DNA of 64,000 nt, taken from positions 13,640,001 to 13,704,000 of the forward strand of contig OZ024760.1 in NCBI GenBank assembly GCA_964016885.1, written 5' to 3'. The stretch is from Eledone cirrhosa. Taxonomy: Eukaryota. A program made the translations under genes and the position numbers. Position 1 is the first letter of the stretch; the number at the start of each line of letters is the position of its first letter. Of the stretch, positions 55,471 to 64,000 are shown piece by piece. The notes below the pieces were generated by a model. The model saw only the letters and a program-made list of their open reading frames with translations. It was not told the DNA's origin and ran no database searches.

Positions 55471-57386
55471 ACATACACATATACATACATACACACTTAC
55501 ATATATACATACATATATATATATATATATACACGCATACATACATACAAGCATAAATACACACATACATACACGCACATATGTACACAAATATATACAT
55601 ACATAAACACATACATATATACATATATACACACATATATATATGTGTCTATGTATGGACCTGTAACTCTTGATGAGTGATAGGGGCACCATAGTGACAG
55701 TTGGCATTTGTTGGGCATTTAAAACCTGGTGGAGCGCATTCCCTCACCAGGTCTGAATACAGTTGATTTCTTCCAGTATAGTAGAGAGTATGAGAGGGAG
55801 AGAGGGAGGGAAGTAAGAATGATATATAGAGGAAGAATCTACCCCTGTACTGGAACTTTCTTTTATAGATCTCAAGGGCATGAAAAGCAAAATCGACATT
55901 GGCAGGATTTGAGTTCAGAGAGCTGGAACAAATACCATAAAGCATTCTATCTGATGTTTTTATGACTGCCTAATTACTGTACATACATATATTACTATAT
56001 ATATACACACACACACACATATATATATATATACATACATATATATATATCATTCTTTTATGTTCACTCTTCTACGTTTGCATGTCATCTCCTTTGTGAG
56101 GTTCAATATTTTTATCTCTGCTCTCACCACATCTGTTCAAGTCTTTCTCAGCTTATCTCGGCCATATCAACTTTGCAGGGGTTAAATAAGTCCTCCTCAT
56201 TACACCATTCTTGCCACTTGTCCTTTCTCTTTGTCATCTCCCTCGCAAGGTTTACCACATCTTCATTCAATGAAGAACTCCTGGTACTTCTTCCTCCAAT
56301 AATCATCATCATCATATCCATGTAACTATAGTTACATGGCTTAGATAAGTTCTCTCTAGCATAGTGTCCCCTTACTCATGTCTTTTGTAATATTCAACAT
56401 CCTTAGGATCTGTTATCACTACTTTCCAGACCTATTTCTAATAACAGAACTCCTTCAACTTGGAACTCCAAACACTAACTCATCCCTTTCAGCAGACACA
56501 TAGCTGGCAACTATTCAGAAAAGATTGATGCTCTACACATTTGTGGTTCATGTTTGTATTGAAAATTGTGATTGAGTGAGCTTTTTCACAATCATCATCT
56601 ATATCCCTTACATATCTATATGCCTTGCATATCTATATCAGTGCAGACACCTTACATATCTCTACCACCACAAACACCTCTCTGGCTCACCACATCTGAT
56701 GTCTCCTGATATCCAGTTCTCTCCATTTTCCTGTTTCATTACATAGCAGGGAAAAGCGGACGTAAAATGAATGATGATGAATGAATGATCTCTACCAACA
56801 CAGACACCTCTGGCTCACCACATCTGATGTCCTCTTATATTCAGTTTTATTTTTTCCTCTAATTCATCTGTATTTCATTGTATTCCAATTGTGCTGAGAT
56901 AGCTGTGAGTAAACTGTTTAAATATTTCACCTAGCTCCACCCCACAGTTAAGTATACATCTCTCTCCATTTGTACTGGGGTAGCTGTGTGTAAATATGTC
57001 ACCCAACTTCATCACACTGTTAAATATTCATCTCTCTCCATTTGTGCTAGGGTAGCTGTTTGTAAAGTGTGTGTAAATATGTCACCTAGCTCTTCCATAT
57101 TTTATATATATCCAGTCAACTGTAGCTGGGTCGGTGGGGATCTGGCAGAAGATAAACTGATTTCGGGTAGTTTTATTTATTTTTATTTTCTGTTTTCATC
57201 TTGGCACAGGTACAAGTTTTCTGAATGCCTGGTTACTTACCTGCTTGGGTTTATGTATGTATGTATGTGTATGTGTGGATGTGGATGTCTGTGTGTACAT
57301 ATATATATATATATATACATACACACGCACACACAAACATAATTATTTATATATATATATATATACATACACACGCACACAAACAC

Positions 57387-57425
<39 letters not shown>

Positions 57426-58091
57426 CACAAACACACATACACATGTTTACCTGCTATTTGCTGATATATCCAGATGTATTGATACAGTAATCTATTGAAG
57501 AACCAATCAGATCTGATGTCAGCAGCTGGAGAATATGGAACATTTTCAATACAGAAATAGATGAATGAATATATAAACCAACTATAACAGAACATATCCA
57601 CACACACACACACACAGAGTTTAGTGACCAAGATAAATGTTAAGACTGTGTGTGTGTATGCATGTATGTATATCTCTACCATTTAACAAACTGGACAGGT
57701 TGTTTTAGACCAAGTCAGTACTTATCTCAATCTATATATATATATCATTCTATAACTATCTCTCTCTATATATATAATAACTTGTATATGTATTGTTAAA
57801 TATGTATGTGAGGTGTGTGTGTAAGGTGGTAGTGATGAAAACCACCCAGTCTGCTCAGGCTATGCTAAGGTCACTAGGAGCTTCCAGTCTACCGTAAAAA
57901 GTGGTATTGCCAAAGTCTTGATAAAATGTTCCCATGCTGTAAAGTGGGTGACATTAGGAAGGGCATCCAACTGTAGAAAATCAAGCTTAAACAACAAAGT
58001 GTATGAATAAGACGTGGTCACCTGACCTGTCTAGCCCGATAATGTGACAGACTGACTTAGCCATTCAGCCATGAAAAATAGACATTAAATG

Positions 58092-58177
<86 letters not shown>

Positions 58178-58255
58178 TATCCGGGAGCTTCCAACAGTAA
58201 TGGTTGCATTCTTTAAGGGTATGTCAATATTTATTTATAAAACTGCTCTATATTA

Positions 58256-58320
58256 TATTTTATCTGATGAAAGCACACCATAATTTAACTTGGTATCCTT
58301 GAAATATGTATAATGAAATA
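58256..58320 (+). ncRNA. Type-I hammerhead-like motif, same family as 52681-52747
   Basis: tattttat-CUGAUGA-aagcacacca...tggtatcctt-GAAAUAUGUAUA-atgaaata, in a ~270-bp element between (TA)n tracts. Confidence 0.65.
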
Positions 58321-58442
58321 AATATTGTTTTATAAATATAGTTTCCATTTGTTAATATTGTATTTTACTCCAATTATTTGTTGAGTGCTTTATATCAGTT
58401 ATAAAAATATTTGCTTGTTGTATCTCAACAATTTAAATAGAA

Positions 58443-58485
<43 letters not shown>

Positions 58486-58486
58486 C

Positions 58487-59030
58487 GGAGTAGGTAGACC
58501 CAGAAAAACCTGGGACAATCTGATAAATTCTGACCTTACACACTTGCACCTCTCTAAGACAATGTCACTGGACCGAGATCTTTGGCGCTACGCAGTAATA
58601 CAGAAAACCCGCCCTTCCTATCTACAAAGCGAAACCTACAGTCAGTAGGCACCTCAACCAAATATACACCCCAATCCACTACCCCTACCCTATCCTCCCA
58701 CTCCCACCAACCTCTCTCTGTGAAGTTGGTACCACAACATCCAGTCCAAATAAATGAGATAATGAGATCGAGATCGTGTAGGTGTCATGACAAAAAAAAC
58801 ACAGTCCACACTGTAATGTGGCCGTGTAGGTAACACGGTAAAAAGTTCCCAGTTCCACACTGTAAACGTGATTGGTGTTAGGAAGGGCATCCAGCCGTAG
58901 ACAACCTGCCAGATAGTCCTACATGAGTGAGACACGGTCACCCGACCAACCTTGCCTCAAGTGGGACAACTCCTGTCTAACCCATGTTAGCGTGGAAGAT
59001 GGACGTTAAATGAAGATGATGATGATGATA
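58487..59030 (+). mobile_element. RTE LINE 3' end fragment
   Basis: GVGRPRKTWDNLINSDLTHLHLSKTMSLDRDLWRYAVIQ matches the C-terminus of the 63129-63557 ORF; 3' UTR and (GAT)n tail follow. Confidence 0.88.
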
Positions 59031-60009
59031 TATATAAAGCTTGAAGATGGATTGTGATTCAAAGTGAGGTGTGTGTATGTGTATCTGATTGATTGTGATG
59101 ATTAAATGTAAGGTGTGTGTGTGTGTTGCTAGATGTATTGTGATTAAATGAGGTGTGTGCGTGTAGTTGTTTGATGGATCTTGATTAAATTTAAGGTCTC
59201 TGTGTGTATGATGTAGTTGCCTGATGCTTTGTGATTAAATGTGAGGTGTGTGTGTGTAATTTCTAAATGCATTGTGATTAGATGTCAGATGTGTGTGTAT
59301 GTATATCTATTATTGGTTGCTAGATGTGTGTGTATGTTGTATATGTATTACAAGTTGCTAGATGGCTCTTCATTAGAAGTGTGAGGTATAAGTACCTAGT
59401 ATTTACTAGTTAGTAGTAGCTAGTCAGTCAGATGTGCTAGTATGTGTACGTGGGTGAAAGGAATAGACATTGTTACATCTATGTCTTTGTTTCACTTTAT
59501 ATAAATGGTAAGTCAAAGAATTTTCTCACTTTTGCTTCCCTAAATATCTTGTTAAAACAGCAGAGTACCGTTTTGTTTGGCTGCTGTTTTATCATCATCA
59601 TTACCTTCATCATCATCAATTAATGTTCATTTTCTATGCTAGCATGGGTTAAACAGGTTGTCACATTATGAGATAAGTCAGGTCTGGATTTCATATCTTG
59701 TTTATACAGATCTGTACTTTAACTTGATTTCTACAGTTGGATGCCCTTCCTAATGTCAGACATATTACAGGGTGGACTGGGTGCTTTTTGGTGTCACCAA
59801 CACAACCACTCTATAGTATGGACTGGGTGGTTTTTGTCATGTCACCAGCACAACCACCTTACAGGATGGATTGGATGGTTCTGTTGTTGAAGCACTGGAT
59901 ATTTTTATATATTTTTATCGTTCCTGTCTGGAAATATATCCTCTCAGACATTTAACTTTCTTACTCTTATATACTAATGTTAGTCCCTAGATTATGGTCA
60001 TGCTCAGGA

Positions 60010-60570
60010 GAGGGAGTGAGGGAAAGAGAGACAGTGTGATAGTGAGAGAGGGAGAGACTGTGGTAGTGAGAGAGGGAGAGACTGATAGTGTGAGATAGGG
60101 AGAGAGAAACAGTGTGATAGTGAGAGAGAGAGAGAGGCAGTGTGATAGTGAGAGAGGGAGAGACTGTGATAGTGAGAGAGAGGCAGTGTGATAGTGAGAT
60201 AGGGAGAGACTGATAGTGTGAGAGAGGGAGAGAGAAACAGTGTGATAGTGAGAGAGGGAGAGGCAGTGTGATAGTGAGAGAGGGAGAGACTGTGATAGTG
60301 AGAGAGAGGCAGTGTGATAGTGAGAGAGGGAGAGACTGATAGTGTGAGAGAGGGAGAGACTGATAGGGAGAGAGAGAGAGAGACTGTGATAGTGAGAGAG
60401 GGAGAGACTGTGATAGTGAGAGAAGCAGTGTGATAGTGTGATAGTGAGAGAGGGAGAGAGAGGCAGTGTGATAGTGAAAGAGGGAGAGACTGAGAGAGAG
60501 GGAGAGGGACAGTGTGATGGTGAGAGAGGGGGAGAGAGACAATGTGATAGTGAGGGAGGAAAACAGTGTG
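60010..60570. repeat. Purine-rich satellite (gtgtgatagtgagagagggagagact)
   Basis: Direct inspection. Confidence 0.93.
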
Positions 60571-60854
60571 AATCACCAGGATAGCTGGGAACAAACAAAT
60601 ATTACAATTAGTTACTCAATAATCGTTAGTATCCATATAAACTTAACTGTCTAATTTATTGGTGGTGTAGTGGTAGTTGTGGTGGTGGTAGTGGTGGTGG
60701 TGGTGGTGTAGTAGTGGTGCTGTAGTGGCGGTGGATATGGTGGTGGTATAACAATGACACTGATTTAATCAGGCTAACCCAGTTATTGTAATTGTTTCCT
60801 TGTCACTTTATCTTGTTTAAATACACATACATACACACATATACTATCTATTTT

Positions 60855-60899
<45 letters not shown>

Positions 60900-61324
60900 A
60901 TATACTATCTATCTATGTGAAGGCAATGGGCTTACAATCATGAGGTTGTGAGTTTGATTCTCGAACAGGGTAATGAATTGTGTTCTTCAGCAAGACACTT
61001 TCTTTCACATTGCTCCAGTTCACTCAGCTGTAAAAATGAGTTGTCATGTCACTGGTGTCAAACTGTATCAGCCATTGCCTTTCCCTTGGACAACATTGGT
61101 GGCATGGAGAGGAAAGACTGGTATGTATGGCTGACTGCTGGTCTTCCACAAACAACCTTGCCAGGACTTGGGCTTCAGAGGGGGACTTTCTAGGTGCAAA
61201 TCCCATGGTCATTAGTGACCAAAGGGGGTCTTTACTATCTGTCTAGTTTACACACATTTACCATCTATTTTATACATACACACACACATATATACCATCT
61301 ATCGATTTTACATATAGACACACA

Positions 61325-61670
61325 TGGAGGCACATGGCTTCGTGGTTAGAGCATTGGCCTTGCAATCGAAAGGTTGTGAGTTCCATTCTCAGACCGGGTG
61401 ATGTGTTGTTTCCTTGAGCAAGACACTTTATTTCACATTGCTCCAGTTTACTCAGCTGTAGAAATGAGATGATAGGGACTGGGGTCCCTATCATTCCACT
61501 GCAAAGTGGTCGTGGAGGTGCCACGGCTAAAAAGCACCCAGCACTCACTGTAAATGAGGTTGGTGTTAGGAAGGGCATCCAGCTGTAGAAATCAAGCCAG
61601 AATCAGTTCCTGTCCCACCCTTGCAAGCAGGGAAAAGTGGACGTAAAATGAAATGATGAAATGATGATGA
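61325..61670 (+). mobile_element. SINE with tRNA head, CORE-like centre and RTE-derived 3' tail
   Basis: A/B boxes (TGGCTTCGTGG, GAGTTCCATTC); 61496-61598 near-identical to 63620-63768. Confidence 0.85.
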
Positions 61671-61684
61671 CACACACATATTCA

Positions 61685-63889
61685 AGCATGTTTTGCAACG
61701 TGAGGACCAGAAACAGGAGGTGTTCAAGATTGCGAGGCAGTGTGTCAGAGAGAATTGTGATGTCATTGGAGAGAAGTGTATCAAGAATGATAAAGATGAG
61801 CTTGCCCTCACAAGTGCTGAGAAGAAAGATGCATGGAAGAGTCATTATGATAGATTACTATATGAGGAGAATGCATGGGAAGAAGAGACCCTATAGAGGG
61901 GCCAGCAGTACAAGTCAGCAGCAGCATAGTAAGTAAGGCAATCAAAGATATGAAGATGGGGAAGGCAACCAGTCCATCGAGTATAGCTGCCGAGATGCTG
62001 AAGGCATCTGGGTCTGTAGGTCACACTATAACCACACGTATTGTTAACCAGGTAATACTAGAAGGTGTCATACCAAAAGATTGGTGCAGTAGCATCATTG
62101 TCAACTGCTACAAAGGTAAAGGTGATGCACTAGATAGAGGAAACTATAGAGGTATAAAGCTGATGGACCAGGTCATGAAAGTAACAGAAAGAGTTATAGC
62201 ACAGTTGATTAGGGACTGGGTGCAACTAGACGAGATGCAATTTGGATTTGTACCAGTAAGAGGCACCACTGATGCCCTCTTTCTTGTGAGGCAGTTACAG
62301 GAAAAGTACCTAGCTAAAAGTAAGCCACTCTACCTGGCATTTGTCGATCTTGAGAAAGCCTTTGACAGAGTTCCACGTGCTGTAATCTGGTGGGCTCTTA
62401 GAAAACTAGGAGTAGATGAATGGCTTGTGAAAGCGGTACAAGCCATGTATAGGGGAGCAGTCAGCAAAGTTAGGATTATCAATGAGTATAGCGAGGAATT
62501 TAGCGTACAGGTCGGTGTCTAACAGGGCTCTGTTCTTAGCCCTCTCCTGTTCATCATAGTCCTGCAGGCAATAATGGAGGATTTTAAGACCGGATGCCCA
62601 TGGGAACTCCTGTATGCAGATGACCTCGCACTTATAGCTGAATCTATGGTAGAACTAGAGAAGAAATTCCAAACTTGGAAGCAGGGACTAGAAAGAAAGG
62701 ATCTCAAAGTCAACATGACAAAGACTAAGGTCCTTGTAAGTAGACGAGAAAACAGAACCCAGATCCCCTCAGGGAAATAGCCTTGCTCAGTATGTAGGAA
62801 AGGTGTAGGTAGGAACTCCATTCTCTGCCCCAAATGCAAACAATGGGTACACAAGAGATGTAGCGGGATCTCAGGAAGCTTAATTAAGAATGTAGGCTTC
62901 ACATGCAGCAGCTGTGCTGGGACAGCAAGCAGCAAACAGCCACAGGAAACAAGTACCACCAATCTCTGGGAGGGCTCTGTAGAAACAGTAGACAGCTTCT
63001 GCTACCTAGGTGACCGATTTAGCAGCGGAGGTGGGTGTTCAGAAAGTACAATAACTAGGGTAAGAACGGGATGGAAGAAATTTAGGGAACTACTACCACT
63101 GCTAGCTGCAAAAGGCTTCTCCCTCAAAATGAAAGGCAGACTGTATGATGCGTGTATCCGAACAGCGATGTTACATGGTAGTGAGACCTGGGCGCTGAAG
63201 GTGGAAGGCTTATGTAAATTAGAGAGAAACGAAGCCTGCATGCTCCGATGGATATGTAATAGTAATATACGCGAACAACAAAGCATAAATGAATTGAGAG
63301 AGAGACTGAGCATAAGAGGAATCAAATGCTGTGTGCAGGAGAGGCGGTTGCGTTGGTATGGACATGTGATGCGTATGAAAGATGACAGCTGCATAAAAAG
63401 GTGCAGAGCACTAGAAGTCGATGGAAACCGCGGAGTGGGGAGACCCAAGATGACCTGGGATGAGGTGATAAAAGCCGACCTTACCCAATTACACCTCTCA
63501 AAGGCAATGACACATGACCGTGACCTCTGGCGTCACGCAGTAATACAGAGTACCTGACCTCCCATGGGTACAAGCTGAAGCATATAGACAATATGCCCCT
63601 ACACCCCCCCCCCCCCCCCCCACTGCAAGGTGGTCGTCGAGGTGCCACGACAGAAAAGCACCCAGCCCACACTGTAAAGTGGATGTATAGGCGCTACGAA
63701 AAAGCACCCAGCACTCACTGTAAATGAGGTTGGTGTTAGGAAGGGCATCCAGCTGTAGAAATCAAGCCAAATCAGTTCCTGTATGAGCAAGGCATGGTCA
63801 GCCGACCAGACACTGCCCACAACAGGACAACCCATCTAACCCATGCTAGCGTGGAAGAACGGACGTAAAGCGGTGATGATGATGATGAT
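61685..63889 (+). mobile_element. RTE-clade non-LTR retrotransposon, 5'-truncated
   Basis: RT motifs YKGKGD, NYRGIKL, QFGF, AFVDLEKAFDRV, QGSVLSPLLF, LLYADDL; C-terminal LRWYGHVMRM and GRPKMTW; 3' UTR ending (GAT)n. Confidence 0.95.
61693..63557 (+). pseudogene. Disrupted LINE reverse transcriptase ORF with inserted Cys/His finger
   Basis: One frameshift near 61885 and in-frame stops at 62520-62522 and 62778-62780; otherwise one frame to 63557; no endonuclease domain present. Confidence 0.92.
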
Positions 63890-64000
63890 ATACCATATAT
63901 CTATTTTACACACACACACACACATACCATCTATCTATTTTACACACACACACACACATACCATCTATCTATTTTACACTCACACAAACATCTATGTATC

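Noticed and set aside
59967-60598. Ser/Leu/His-rich minus-strand ORFs
   Set aside because: Product of a purine-rich satellite open in three frames.

Overview
AT-rich, repeat-dense eukaryotic genomic DNA. The SINE/LINE repertoire and microsatellite load suggest an octopus or other coleoid cephalopod (inference). No intact conventional gene is visible, and almost all ORFs in the supplied track are microsatellite read-throughs. Supportable content: a degraded Penelope-like retroelement (RT + GIY-YIG, minus strand, ~25.7-28.2 kb) ending in a minimal hammerhead ribozyme; a 5'-truncated RTE-clade LINE (61.7-63.9 kb) with a PHD-like Cys/His finger and an adjacent partner SINE; a non-autonomous Helitron; many tRNA-derived SINEs, several in inverted pairs; a TTAA-type MITE; and many mini- and microsatellites. 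Most interesting: (1) at least six type-I hammerhead folds from about four repeat families, including a two-copy element whose well-formed three-way junction has an atypical CAGAAGA core and a U·U 10.1/11.1 pair, and one copy inside a 151-bp-arm palindrome; (2) a series of plus-strand splice-acceptor-like sites, each followed by a short phase-1 reading frame ending in a stop, which may be alternative terminal exons of an unseen gene (speculative); (3) a 24-kb long-range inverted repeat. All alignments and folds were done by eye.
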